Numbered from the stretch's first letter, positions 38,284-48,692 are shown. The stretch: 64,000 bases of DNA from Candidatus Babeliales bacterium (GCA_963743635.1 CAVUQO010000003.1:288001-352000); one strand, 5' to 3'. Notes: generated by a model from the letters alone, not told the origin. Numbers and translations: made by a program.

Positions 38284-39447
38284 GTGAAGAAACTAATGGT
38301 TTTATGCGCAATCGGCGGTCTAGTCGCCATGTTCGGGACATCGCTTGTGGCAGACACTAAGATAGTGAGGATACCAAGGCCTCTTGGGGTTGCTGCTGAG
38401 GGATATATACCTGCCCAAGAGCAGCTTGAGTTGAATGATGACGAGACTCTTACGGTATCGACATTTGCAGAATTAATTAGGGAAAAGCAACAGCAGGGTT
38501 TGGCATTTATTATGGCGCGGGTGCTGACCAGAACTAATGAGGGATTGAATGTACATTATTTTGATGCTCATTCATTGAACAGATTATATGGCCAGTATCC
38601 TTTTAGCGTTGCTCAGCAAGTGAATGGTAAGATTGATCCCATTAATAGAGCTCCTATATTCTATATCCAATATTTCACGATCAGTACTATCAATGCTCCG
38701 GCATTTGAGTATTTATGTTCGGACTATGAGATACTCACTAATGCTCAAGATAATCTGTATAAACAGATTTTTTATGCAAATCAAAATGACAATCGTCAGT
38801 TGCAACTTCGTAGTCAGATCTTTCTTGCTCAGAGGTATCTGTTGGGAAATGGCGTAGAAAAGAATTATGCAACGGCGCGCCAGTATTTCGAGCAAATAGC
38901 AAATCAGAATGTTAATCCGGGGGCAGCAGCGGGAGCCAAACACTGTTTGGGGGAAATCTATTATAAAGGAAATGGGGTAGAAAAGAATTATGAAACGGCG
39001 CGTCAGTATTTCGAGCAAGCAGCAAATCAGAATGTTAATCCGGGGGCAGCAGCGATAGCCAAATACAATTTGGGAACAATCTATTATGAGGGAAATGGCG
39101 TAGATCAGGATTATGCAACGGCGCGCCAGTATTTCGAGCAAGCAGCAAATCAGAATGTTAATCCGGGGATAGCAGCGAGAGCAAAATACAATTTGGGAAC
39201 AATCTATTATGAGGGAAAAGGCGTAGATCAGGATTATGCAAGGGCGCGTAACTGGTATCAGCAGGTAATAGATTCTCAAAACATTGATGAGGCAGATAAA
39301 AATCGAGCGCGAGCAAAAATTGCTGAGATAGATAGGCTTGAGGCGGCTCAGGCATCGGGTGTAAAGCGTGAAGGTGAAGTGGCTGAAGAAAAAAACGTGA
39401 AGCGTCAAAAAATGAATAAAGAAAATGATAATAATAATAACAATTAA
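38284..39447 (+). CDS. Secreted Sel1-like repeat protein A with C-terminal NLS-like motif
   Basis: GTG start after aaggag; shared N-terminal domain; 41-aa LG.IYY.GNGV..NY..ARQYFEQ repeats; KR-x10-KRQK. Confidence 0.9.
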   Translation: MKKLMVLCAIGGLVAMFGTSLVADTKIVRIPRPLGVAAEGYIPAQEQLELNDDETLTVSTFAELIREKQQQGLAFIMARVLTRTNEGLNVHYFDAHSLNRLYGQYPFSVAQQVNGKIDPINRAPIFYIQYFTISTINAPAFEYLCSDYEILTNAQDNLYKQIFYANQNDNRQLQLRSQIFLAQRYLLGNGVEKNYATARQYFEQIANQNVNPGAAAGAKHCLGEIYYKGNGVEKNYETARQYFEQAANQNVNPGAAAIAKYNLGTIYYEGNGVDQDYATARQYFEQAANQNVNPGIAARAKYNLGTIYYEGKGVDQDYARARNWYQQVIDSQNIDEADKNRARAKIAEIDRLEAAQASGVKREGEVAEEKNVKRQKMNKENDNNNNN

Positions 39448-39476
39448 AAGGGTGCCAAAAACATTAAGGGATAGGG

Positions 39477-41233
39477 ATGAAGAAAATAATAATTGGACGG
39501 ATGATCGGCGGTCTAGTCGCCATGCTCGGAACATCGCTCTGGGCAGACACCAAGATAGTGAGGATGCCGCCTACGACGCATATGCAGAGCAATGGATCGG
39601 ATCGATCTGAAGAGATGCTCGATCTTACCTTGGAAGATCCAATAATGCAGGAGCAATTTGCAGCACTCATTAATCAAAAGCAAGAGGAGGATCTTCCCTA
39701 TATTATTGTGCGCGTGGTGACGCAGGGCAATGGGCAGAATAATGTAGATTATGGTGATGCGCATGGTTTTAATAAGCTGTTCGGAGGATATCCCTTAAAA
39801 AGTTCTGCGCCTCTTTATAATTATAAGGCGCCGCATAATGGCTTACCGGTGCAGCAGGTAGATTATTTTATACTCAATGATGCTGATGAGGCATTTGAAT
39901 ATTTGTGTTCCTATTATGACTTAATGGTTGATCCGGAAAAAGAGGAGCATTACGCCAATTATTTGCCGCAAATCAAACTGAGAACCCTAAGTTGCACGTC
40001 AATGCACATATGCAGCTTGCAGCCAATAACGCTCTTGATCCAGAGATCTCGGCACAATCACAGTTACGATTGGGCGAAATGTACTATAACGGCACGTATG
40101 GCTTGGCAAAGCAGCATGGAAAGGCATCAGATTATCTGCAACAGGTTCTTGCCAATGAGCAGAATAATGCAGTGCTCATGCAACGTGCGCATGACATCTT
40201 GAGTCAGGTTCATTATGAAGGAACGCATGGTGCATCAAAAAATTATGAAGTAGCAGCCAATAGTTTAGAGTGGCTCCTTCAAAACGAAACTGATCCGATA
40301 CGGCTGGCAACGATGCTGCTGCGGCTTGGTATGATCTACTATTCAGGAAACTATGGGGTAGAGCAAGATTACGCAAAAGCACGTGTTTATTTTGAACAGG
40401 CTGCTGAGCAAACGGATGACACTGCCATTGCTGCATATGCAATGTATATGTTGGCGCAAATCTATTATCGCGGCTTGGGGCTTGAAAAAGATTATGCAAA
40501 GGCAACTCAGTATTTGGAGCAGATAGCATATGATGATCAGCTTGGAGATCTTGCGGCAAAAGCGCAGGTAATACTCGCTGAGATTTGCTACATCGGTGGT
40601 TATGGAGTGACGCGCGATTGTGGCAAGGCATGTGCCTATTGCTCGGAGGTAGCAGATACTGCGACAGATCCATCGGCATTAGCAGGAGCACAATATTGGC
40701 TTGGTGAAATACGTTATTTTGGTGACGATGCTGATGAGCCGAGCGAAGAAGATGCGTATGAATTATGGAAAGCGGTCGCCAACCAAGAAAATAATGAGCA
40801 AGCTGCGGCACGTGCCAATTATTGGCTCGGAACTTTATATTATGAAGGCAAAGGTGTGAGTAAAGATAATAAACTCGCCTTGCATCATTTTAAAAAAGCA
40901 GCATTTCAAAAAGCTGATCAATGGGCATCTGCTGAAGCACTCGGATGGCTTGGATGGGCATATTATGAAGGTGAACTTGTATCGCGCAGTTATAAACAGG
41001 CATCTAAATATTGGACTCAAGTAGCAAATCAGCAGCATAGTGCTGATGCATGTATCGATGCGCAGTTGGGGCTTGGCGAAATTTATTACGTCGGTGGTTA
41101 TGGTGTATCGAAAAATCACACGCAAGCGCGGCAGTATTACGAGCAAGTATTGGCAGTCGAAGATGCTGATCCTGCAGTTAAAGCAAATGTACGAGCAAAG
41201 CTTGATGCATTACAAAGTGTGAAAACAAAATAA
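39477..41233 (+). pseudogene. Secreted Sel1-like repeat protein B, single frameshift near 39960
   Basis: The N-terminal ORF shares its signal and domain with gene A. The frame switches at gccaatt/atttgccgca into FAANQTENP followed by about nine Sel1 repeats. Confidence 0.8.
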
Positions 41234-41263
41234 TTAGATTGTATTAATAAAAAAGGAGAAACG

Positions 41264-43960
41264 ATGAAGTATATAAAGATGATAGCAATTGCCGTGATGT
41301 TCGCGGGAATTGGTGGCGTGGTGTACTTTAACGCGAGCCAGCCGCCAGCACCGCAAGAAGGGCAGGTTAAGACGATCAGAGTAGCGCAACCGGCAGCAGG
41401 AGGTCAGGAAATTCAATATGTTAATGAAACGTTGAATTTGAGTGATGAAGACCCAATTGGCCTCATCTCATTTTCAGATTTAATCGAAGCAAAAAGAGAG
41501 GCAAATCTGCCTTATATTATTGCACGCGTTCAGACTGATAATGGATATCATCGTTATTATGATGCTCATGCATTGAATAACTATTTGTTTGGCATTTTGG
41601 GCCGTGCACCATTCAAGGAAATTAGTGAGTATGCGGATATTTATCGTGTTCCAATAGCAAGAATCGATTACTTTATTATTAATGAGCCTATTGCGGGATC
41701 AGCATTGCGCACTCAAGAATTTAGACATTGGTGTTCATTTGATGATTTGGTGGCAGACACACCACGTTGGGCAGCTGAATTTTATGCAAATGAACCAGCT
41801 CCGGCCGAGCAGCCGTTGACGCCAGCAGAAATGTTAGAGCGTGCATATCATTTTTATAGTGGCTTTAATGAAGAAGATGAACCGATTGAGCGGGATTATG
41901 CGCGAGCCTTTGCGGATTGTCAGTCTGTTGCCGCTCAAACTGAGGATCCTCAGGCAGCCGCGGCAGCTGCTAATATGCTTGGTAATATGTATCGCAAAGG
42001 GCATGGTGTGGATCAAAATTATCAGCAAGCAATTGTATATTATCGACAAGCAGCAGCTCAAATCTATGATGTGTATGCAGCTATGAAAGCATTAGAAAAT
42101 CTGGGTGATATGTATCGTATGGGCGAAGGAGTTGCGCAAGATCATGAGCAGGCAGCTGATTATTATAATCAGGTAATCGCGCGAGCGGATGAGGCTGGAA
42201 TTCCTGGAGATGCTGCAGAAGCACAAATAAGGCTTGGCAATATGTATTACTATGCTGAAAGATTTCCTCGGAATTATGCAAGGGCGCGTGGGTATTTCGA
42301 GCAAGCAGCAAATCAGAATGTTAATCCGTGGGCATCAGCGTTAGCCAAATACTGTTTGGGGGAAATCTATTATAAAGGATATGGCATAGCTCGGGATTAT
42401 GCTCAGGCGCGTGGGCATTTCGAGCAAGCAGCAAATCAGAATGATAATACGTGGGCATCAGCGGTAGCCAAATACTGTTTGGGGGAAATCTATTATAAAG
42501 GAAATGGCGTAGCTCGGAATTATGCAAGGGCGCGTAGGTATTTCGAGCAAGCAGCAAATCAGAATGTTCATCCGTGGGCAACAGCGGCAGCCAAATACTA
42601 TTTGGGGGAAATCTATTATAAAGGATATGGCGTAGCTCGGAATTATGCACGGGCGCGTGGGTATTTCGAGCAAGCAGCAAATCAGAATGATGATCCGGTG
42701 GCCTCAGCGGGAAGCAAAGCCTATTTGGGGGAAATCTATTATAAGGGAAATGGCGTAGCCCGGGATTATGCAAGGGCGCGTGGGTATTTCGAACAAGCAG
42801 CAAATCAGAATGATAATCTGTTGGCCTCAGTGGGAAGCAAATACTATTTGGGGGAAATCTATTATAAAGGATATGGCATAGCTCGGGATTATGCAAGGGC
42901 GCGTGGGTATTTCGAGCAAGCAGCAAATCAGAATGATAATCTGTTGGCATCAGCGGGAAGCAAATACTATTTGGGGGAAATCTATTATAAAGGAAATGGC
43001 GTAGCCCGGGATTATGCAAGGGCGCGCCAGTATTTCGAGCAAGCAGCAAATCAGAATGATAATCTGTTGGCATCAGCGGGAAGCAAATACTATTTGGGGG
43101 AAATCTATTATAAAGGATATGGCGTAGCTCGGGATTATGCTCAGGCGCGTGGGCATTTCGAGCAAGTAGCAAATCAGAATGATGATCCGGTGGCAGCAGT
43201 GACAGCCAAAGCCTATTTGGGGGAAATTTATTATAAGGGAAACGGCGTAGGTCAGGATTATGCAAGGGCGCGTGGGTATTTCGAGCAAGTAGCAAATCAG
43301 AATGATGATCCGGTGGCAGCAGCGGCAGCCAAACACTTTTTGGGGCTAATCTATTATAAGGGAAATGGCGTAGGTCAGGATTATGCAATAGCGCGCCAGT
43401 ATTTTGAGCAAGCAGCAAATCAGAATGATAATCCGGCGATATCAGCGGGAAGCAAAGTCTATTTGGGGGAAATCTATTATCAGGGAAATGGCGTAGGTCA
43501 GGATTATGCAAGGGCGCGTGGGTATTTCGAGCAAGCAGCAAATCAGAATGTTAATCCGTGGGCAGCAGTGGGAAGCAAAGGCTGTTTGGGGGAAATCTAT
43601 TATCAGGGAAATGGTGTAGCTCGGGATTATGCAAGGGCGCGTCAGTATTTCGAGCAAGCAGCAAATCAGAATGATTATCCGGCGACATCAGCGGGAAGCA
43701 AATACTATTTGGGAGAAATCTATCTTGAGGGAAATGGCGTAGAAAAAAATTATGCCATGGCGCGTACCTGGTATCAGCAGGTAATAGATTCTCAACACAT
43801 TAATGAGGCAGGTAAAAATCCAGCGCGCGCAAGAATTGCTGAGATAGATAGGCTTGAGGCAGCTGAGGCAGCGGGTGTAAAGCGTGAAGGTGAAGCTGCT
43901 GAAGGGGAAACTGCGAAGCGTCAAAAAATGAATAAAGAAGATGATAATAATAACAATTAA
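41264..43960 (+). CDS. Secreted Sel1-like repeat protein C (898 aa)
   Basis: N-terminus near-identical to gene D, 12 near-identical 41-aa repeats, C-terminus near-identical to gene A. Confidence 0.92.
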   Translation: MKYIKMIAIAVMFAGIGGVVYFNASQPPAPQEGQVKTIRVAQPAAGGQEIQYVNETLNLSDEDPIGLISFSDLIEAKREANLPYIIARVQTDNGYHRYYDAHALNNYLFGILGRAPFKEISEYADIYRVPIARIDYFIINEPIAGSALRTQEFRHWCSFDDLVADTPRWAAEFYANEPAPAEQPLTPAEMLERAYHFYSGFNEEDEPIERDYARAFADCQSVAAQTEDPQAAAAAANMLGNMYRKGHGVDQNYQQAIVYYRQAAAQIYDVYAAMKALENLGDMYRMGEGVAQDHEQAADYYNQVIARADEAGIPGDAAEAQIRLGNMYYYAERFPRNYARARGYFEQAANQNVNPWASALAKYCLGEIYYKGYGIARDYAQARGHFEQAANQNDNTWASAVAKYCLGEIYYKGNGVARNYARARRYFEQAANQNVHPWATAAAKYYLGEIYYKGYGVARNYARARGYFEQAANQNDDPVASAGSKAYLGEIYYKGNGVARDYARARGYFEQAANQNDNLLASVGSKYYLGEIYYKGYGIARDYARARGYFEQAANQNDNLLASAGSKYYLGEIYYKGNGVARDYARARQYFEQAANQNDNLLASAGSKYYLGEIYYKGYGVARDYAQARGHFEQVANQNDDPVAAVTAKAYLGEIYYKGNGVGQDYARARGYFEQVANQNDDPVAAAAAKHFLGLIYYKGNGVGQDYAIARQYFEQAANQNDNPAISAGSKVYLGEIYYQGNGVGQDYARARGYFEQAANQNVNPWAAVGSKGCLGEIYYQGNGVARDYARARQYFEQAANQNDYPATSAGSKYYLGEIYLEGNGVEKNYAMARTWYQQVIDSQHINEAGKNPARARIAEIDRLEAAEAAGVKREGEAAEGETAKRQKMNKEDDNNNN
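42272..43747 (+). repeat. 12 tandem 123-bp coding repeats
   Basis: ttcgagcaagcagcaaatcagaatg recurs at 42296, 42419, 42542 and onward (period 123). Confidence 0.93.
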
Positions 43961-44050
43961 AAGGGTGCCAAAAACATTCAAGCAAAGCTTAATGCATTAC
44001 AAAGAGTGAAAACAAAATAATTAGATTGTATTAATAAAAAAGGCGAAACG

Positions 44051-45997
44051 ATGAAGTATATAAAGATGATAGCAATTGCCATGATGTTAGCGGGAATTGG
44101 TGGCGTGGTGTATTTTGACGCAAGTCAACCGCCGGCACCGCAAGAAGGGCAGGTTAAGACGATCAGAGTAGCGCAACCGGCAGCAGGAGGTCAGGAAATT
44201 CAATATGTTAATGAAGCGTTGAATTTGAGTGATGAGGATCCAATTGGCCTCATCTCATTTTCAGATTTAATCGAAGCAAAAAGAGAGGCAAATCTGCCTT
44301 ATATTATTGCACGCGTTCAGACTAATAATGGACATCATCGTTATTATGATGCTCATGCATTGAATAGCTATTTGTTTGGCATTTTGGGCCGTAGACCATT
44401 TAAGGAAATTAGTGAGTATGCGGATATTCATCGTGTTCCAATAGCAAGAATCGATTACTTTATTATTAATGAGCCTATTGCAGAGTCAGCATTGCGCACT
44501 CAAGAATTTAGACATTGGTGTTCATTTGATGATCTGGTGGCACACACACCTCGTTGGTCAGCTGAATTTTATGCGAATGAGCCCGCTCCTGTTGTGCAGC
44601 CGTTGACGCCAGCAGAAATGTTAGAGCGTGCGCATCAGCTTTATGATGGCTTTAATGAAGAACATGAAGAAGTGGAGCCGGATTATGTGCGAGCCTTTGC
44701 AGATTTTCAGTCTGTTGCCGATCAAACTGAGGATCCTCAAGCTGCTGCGGAGGCTGCTAATATGCTTGGTGCTATGTATCGCGAAGGGCATGGTGTGGCT
44801 CAAAATTATCCTCAAGCAGTTGCATATTATCGACAAGCAGCAGCTCAAGTCTATGATGTGTATGCAGCTATGGAATCATTAGAAAATCTGGGTGATATGT
44901 ATCGTCTAGGCGAAGGAGTTGTGCAAGATTATGAGCAAGCAGCTGATTATTATAATCAGGTAATCGCGCGAGCGGATGACGCTGCCATTCCTGAAGATGG
45001 CGCAGAAGCACAAATAAAGCTCGGCGATATGTATTATGATGGTGAAGGCTTTCCTCAAAGTTATGCTCAGGCGCGTGAGCATTATGAACAAGCAGCAGAG
45101 CAAAACGCGGCACTTCAAGACATGGATTTTAATGCTGCAAGTACCGCACAATTGAAGCTTGGCAAGATGTATTACAATGCTGAAGGCGTTCAAAAAGATG
45201 ATGCTAGGGCACTGGAATATTTCAGGCTCGCATTATTAGGCAATCCCCATATGAATATGGATGATGAGGTGCGCAGAGAAGCAATGGAGTATTTTGTAAG
45301 GCTTGATCCAGTTGCGGCGGCGCAGGCTCAGCTAGAGATTAGTAGAAGATATGCAGATTTTTTGATGTTTGATAAAACACTTGAATACTTGGAATCAGCA
45401 GCGAATCAACGGGCAGATATAGAGATAGCAATCAAAGCGTTAATTCAGTTGGGGAATATGTATTACAGCGGCCAACAAGGATTTGATGGTCAAGAAGTAG
45501 TTGCTCAAGATTATCAGCAGGCGCTTGCATATCGTAATCAGGCAGTGGATTTGGCAGATCAGCACGGGCTTTCTGAATTAGCAGCACCTGTGCACGTAAC
45601 ATTGGGCGATATGTATAATTATGGTGAAGGAATTAATCAAAATCGAGTCCAGGCGCTTGCCCATTATGAAAGGGCTGCGGGACAAAATAATGATCCCCAA
45701 GCGGCAGTGCATGGAAAGTATGGCCTTGGTTGGTTATATTATTTGAATGGTATAGGTGGAATTGCTGAAGACTATGCGAAGGCACGAAGATTTTTTGAGG
45801 ATGTGGTAAATAGTCCTGATGCGATAGCTTGGCAAAAACCAGTGGCGCAGCAATATCTCGGTAAAATGTATTATGAGGGATGGGGCGGTCCGGTCAATCG
45901 TGATCAAGCGCGTATATATTTTGAACAGGTGGTAAATAATCCTGATGCGTCTGATTATGATAAGCAAGAAGCGCGAGCCTATCTGAGTCGTCAGTAG
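44051..45997 (+). CDS. Secreted Sel1-like repeat protein D
   Basis: First ~1 kb near-identical to gene C; more divergent Sel1 repeats follow. Confidence 0.9.
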   Translation: MKYIKMIAIAMMLAGIGGVVYFDASQPPAPQEGQVKTIRVAQPAAGGQEIQYVNEALNLSDEDPIGLISFSDLIEAKREANLPYIIARVQTNNGHHRYYDAHALNSYLFGILGRRPFKEISEYADIHRVPIARIDYFIINEPIAESALRTQEFRHWCSFDDLVAHTPRWSAEFYANEPAPVVQPLTPAEMLERAHQLYDGFNEEHEEVEPDYVRAFADFQSVADQTEDPQAAAEAANMLGAMYREGHGVAQNYPQAVAYYRQAAAQVYDVYAAMESLENLGDMYRLGEGVVQDYEQAADYYNQVIARADDAAIPEDGAEAQIKLGDMYYDGEGFPQSYAQAREHYEQAAEQNAALQDMDFNAASTAQLKLGKMYYNAEGVQKDDARALEYFRLALLGNPHMNMDDEVRREAMEYFVRLDPVAAAQAQLEISRRYADFLMFDKTLEYLESAANQRADIEIAIKALIQLGNMYYSGQQGFDGQEVVAQDYQQALAYRNQAVDLADQHGLSELAAPVHVTLGDMYNYGEGINQNRVQALAHYERAAGQNNDPQAAVHGKYGLGWLYYLNGIGGIAEDYAKARRFFEDVVNSPDAIAWQKPVAQQYLGKMYYEGWGGPVNRDQARIYFEQVVNNPDASDYDKQEARAYLSRQ

Positions 45998-46024
45998 ATC
46001 AAAGAGCTCAAAAAAAAGGGGGAA

Positions 46025-47449
46025 ATGGTGAAGCAATATATAAAAATGATAGCAATTGCCGTGATGTTGGCGGGAATTGGTGGCGTGGTGTACTTTAACG
46101 CGAGTCAACCGCCGCAGGTAGCATCGCCAAAAGAATTATTAGATCAGGCGTATAGGTTACTTCAGGCAAGCAATCAGAGTGAAGCGAGCGTACTGTTGCA
46201 AAGTATTGCCGCGCAAAAAGATGATCTTTTATCTGCCGCAAAAGCAAATAACGAACTTGGTCGTTTGTATATGGGTATTAATAATGAGCGATCGACGAGA
46301 TATTTTGAAACGGCTCGTACATTATGTGAGCGGATACTAGAAAGTGAGCCAAGTGATTCCTTCGCGGCAGTAAAAGCGAATGGGATTGTTGGCGATATAT
46401 ATCGATTCGGGTTGCTCGGAGATGCAGATTATAATAAAGCGCGTGCTTATTTTGAACAAGTTATCACTCAACGGAAGTTCATGAAGGAAGCGATATATGC
46501 ATGCTATGCACTCGGGATACTCTATTATAAAGGGCAGCCAGGAGTGCTGCCGCGGGATTATGAGCGGGCGCGTCACTATTTTGAGCGAACGCTTACCTAT
46601 ACAGCTGAATTAAATGGATATCAGGGGTCAGCGACATATTATCTTGGAAAGATGTATTATCATAATCTGCTTGGCAGTACCGCAAATTATGATTTAGCGC
46701 GTCACTATTTTGAGCGCGCTCTCATGAATCAAGCCATGCCAAAGGTTAGGAGAGCCTCAGCGGATCACGATATGGGCACGATCTATTATGGGGGACTAGG
46801 AATTGCGCGGAATTATGTTTTGGCGCGTCAGCATTTTGAGCAGGTGCTGGAGAACGAAGATGCATCAGATCTCGATAGGGAAACAGCGGAATGGTTTCTT
46901 GGTACTATCTATTATCGTGGACAGGGCGTTGACCAAGATTATGTTCGAGCGCGTGACTATTTTCAGCAAGTCGTGACCAATTCTACGACACCAAATGCAG
47001 AGCTAACTTCGGCCTTATGCCGTCTTGGGGTCATATATTATTACGGGCAGGGAATAGATATAAATTATAATCTATCGCGCGAGTATTTTGAAAAGGTGTT
47101 GACGTATAGAATCGCATCTCCGAACAATACAGCAGAAGCAAAAGCGTTGCTGGGCTTTATCTATTATGACGGGAAAGGCGGTCCTCGGAATTACCGTCAA
47201 GCATACACTTATTTACATGAAGTTGTTGATCATCCATTTTTGACTCCAGCAGGGCAAGCATTGGCACAATTGTATCTTGGTAAGATGTATTATCATGGGC
47301 ATGGAGTTGGGAGCGATAAAGATCGGGCGTTTCATTATCTTGAACTTGCTGAGGGAAGTGGGCTCTTAACGGATGAACAAAATGATCTTGCACTCAATCT
47401 TATGAGCTTGATACGGGATATGCCCATGAGCAGCAAGCCAATCTTGTGA
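46025..47449 (+). CDS. Secreted Sel1-like repeat protein E
   Basis: Same signal segment as C and D (YIKMIAIAVMLAGIGGVVYFNASQPP) but no N-terminal domain; about nine Sel1 repeats. Confidence 0.9.
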   Translation: MVKQYIKMIAIAVMLAGIGGVVYFNASQPPQVASPKELLDQAYRLLQASNQSEASVLLQSIAAQKDDLLSAAKANNELGRLYMGINNERSTRYFETARTLCERILESEPSDSFAAVKANGIVGDIYRFGLLGDADYNKARAYFEQVITQRKFMKEAIYACYALGILYYKGQPGVLPRDYERARHYFERTLTYTAELNGYQGSATYYLGKMYYHNLLGSTANYDLARHYFERALMNQAMPKVRRASADHDMGTIYYGGLGIARNYVLARQHFEQVLENEDASDLDRETAEWFLGTIYYRGQGVDQDYVRARDYFQQVVTNSTTPNAELTSALCRLGVIYYYGQGIDINYNLSREYFEKVLTYRIASPNNTAEAKALLGFIYYDGKGGPRNYRQAYTYLHEVVDHPFLTPAGQALAQLYLGKMYYHGHGVGSDKDRAFHYLELAEGSGLLTDEQNDLALNLMSLIRDMPMSSKPIL

Positions 47450-47492
47450 TGTAATCCATAAAACACGTGATGCTTCACGAACCAAAATAAAT

Positions 47493-47526
47493 AAGGCCCT
47501 GACTCTCGAATGAGTCAGGGCCTTTT
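47493..47526. terminator. Bidirectional terminator between convergent genes
   Basis: aaggccctgactc/gagtcagggcctt stem. Confidence 0.8.
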
Positions 47527-47546
47527 AGATTTAAGCTATTGGCAGT

Positions 47547-47777
47547 TTATCGACTGCAAACACCATTAGCGCAACCACCGCGACGTGGCTGATTTTTAAC
47601 CGTACGACGGCTAACCATACGACGGCTTGGAGCCTTGTATGTTCTGGTTGCTTTAACAACGGTTGCAGCTGGTCTGCGCATTGAGCAAACGCCATTGCTA
47701 CATGCTGCCTTCAAGAGTGAACTAGTCATAGTAACGATTGTGCACATAACGAATGCACGTTTTAATAAGGTCTTCAT
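47547..47777 (-). CDS. Small secreted Arg-rich peptide with two CxNGVCS motifs
   Basis: RBS ggagg; signal peptide; CSNGVCS...CANGVCSR. Confidence 0.7.
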   Translation of the reverse strand: MKTLLKRAFVMCTIVTMTSSLLKAACSNGVCSMRRPAATVVKATRTYKAPSRRMVSRRTVKNQPRRGGCANGVCSR

Positions 47778-47816
47778 AATAAAGCCTCCATTTTGAATAG
47801 TAAATAAGATATATAC

Positions 47817-48449
47817 CTACTCATATTTCGCATCAGTTCCATTATCCGGTTCTGGCGCGACATGAGATTCTTTATTCACTACTGGCTCTACTTTTTTTTC
47901 TTCTGCTTTTTGCTCATCTGCTTTAAGCAGTTGTTTGCGTTGATATTTTTGTATTGCTTCAAACACCACATCGGTCATAATTGCTTGCGCAAGAAGATCT
48001 TGTATCAAGCGCTTGCGTTCTGCAGCATAGATGGGGTTGAGCCATGCGCCCTTGCTGATTTCGGCATGAAGCGATGTTGTTTTATAGGAGAGCGCAATAA
48101 GCTCTTTGCTATAACCGTATCTATTGATCAAACCCATGAGTTCATCATCAATTACGTGAAGGACATTGAGTAACATTTCTTGCTGATTGGGTAATTTTTG
48201 TTGTTCTGCAGTATTAAGCAGTTCTATCATGAGGGTGTTTAACGCATTGTAATCTCGTGGTAATAATAAACGAGAATACTTACTTTCAAATTGTTTTTTA
48301 CACATTTCAATCTGAGCACTGTTTTTTTCCAATGCTTTCAGTTTCGCGATCACCTGAATTGCTCGATCGTAATTGACGTAACGAGCCTGAATATCAGGGT
48401 GAACACTCAGGAGCATACTAAGAGTGAGAATTATGAGATTTTTTTGCAT
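47817..48449 (-). CDS. Secreted hypothetical helical protein
   Basis: Signal ending IQA; 210 aa. Confidence 0.7.
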   Translation of the reverse strand: MQKNLIILTLSMLLSVHPDIQARYVNYDRAIQVIAKLKALEKNSAQIEMCKKQFESKYSRLLLPRDYNALNTLMIELLNTAEQQKLPNQQEMLLNVLHVIDDELMGLINRYGYSKELIALSYKTTSLHAEISKGAWLNPIYAAERKRLIQDLLAQAIMTDVVFEAIQKYQRKQLLKADEQKAEEKKVEPVVNKESHVAPEPDNGTDAKYE

Positions 48450-48644
48450 TGTGAGTCCTTGGCGGTTCTTTGATTGTGACGGTCTTTATTTATAACGTCA
48501 CTATCATAATCCACCAGGAGCTCTCTTGCAAATTCCATAATCAGGTTTTGCTCCGTATTATCCAGTATAATAGGTCTAAATCTGCATGCAAACGGTACGA
48601 TTGGCAGGGGGTTTTGAAGGGTCGCCAGGTATAATTTAATAATA

Positions 48645-48680
48645 TAGGCCTGAGCAAGATAATCCTGCTCAGGCCTATTT
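48645..48680 (-). terminator. Rho-independent terminator
   Basis: ataggcctgagca/tgctcaggcctat stem. Confidence 0.7.
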
Positions 48681-48692
48681 GTTATTGTTGAT

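Noticed and set aside
42321..43541. 406-aa antisense ORF (also 38713-39534 and 40176-40811)
   Set aside because: Shadow frames of the repetitive Sel1 genes with no independent coding signal.
42272..43747. CRISPR array
   Set aside because: Units are contiguous in-frame 123-bp coding repeats without unique spacers; no cas genes.
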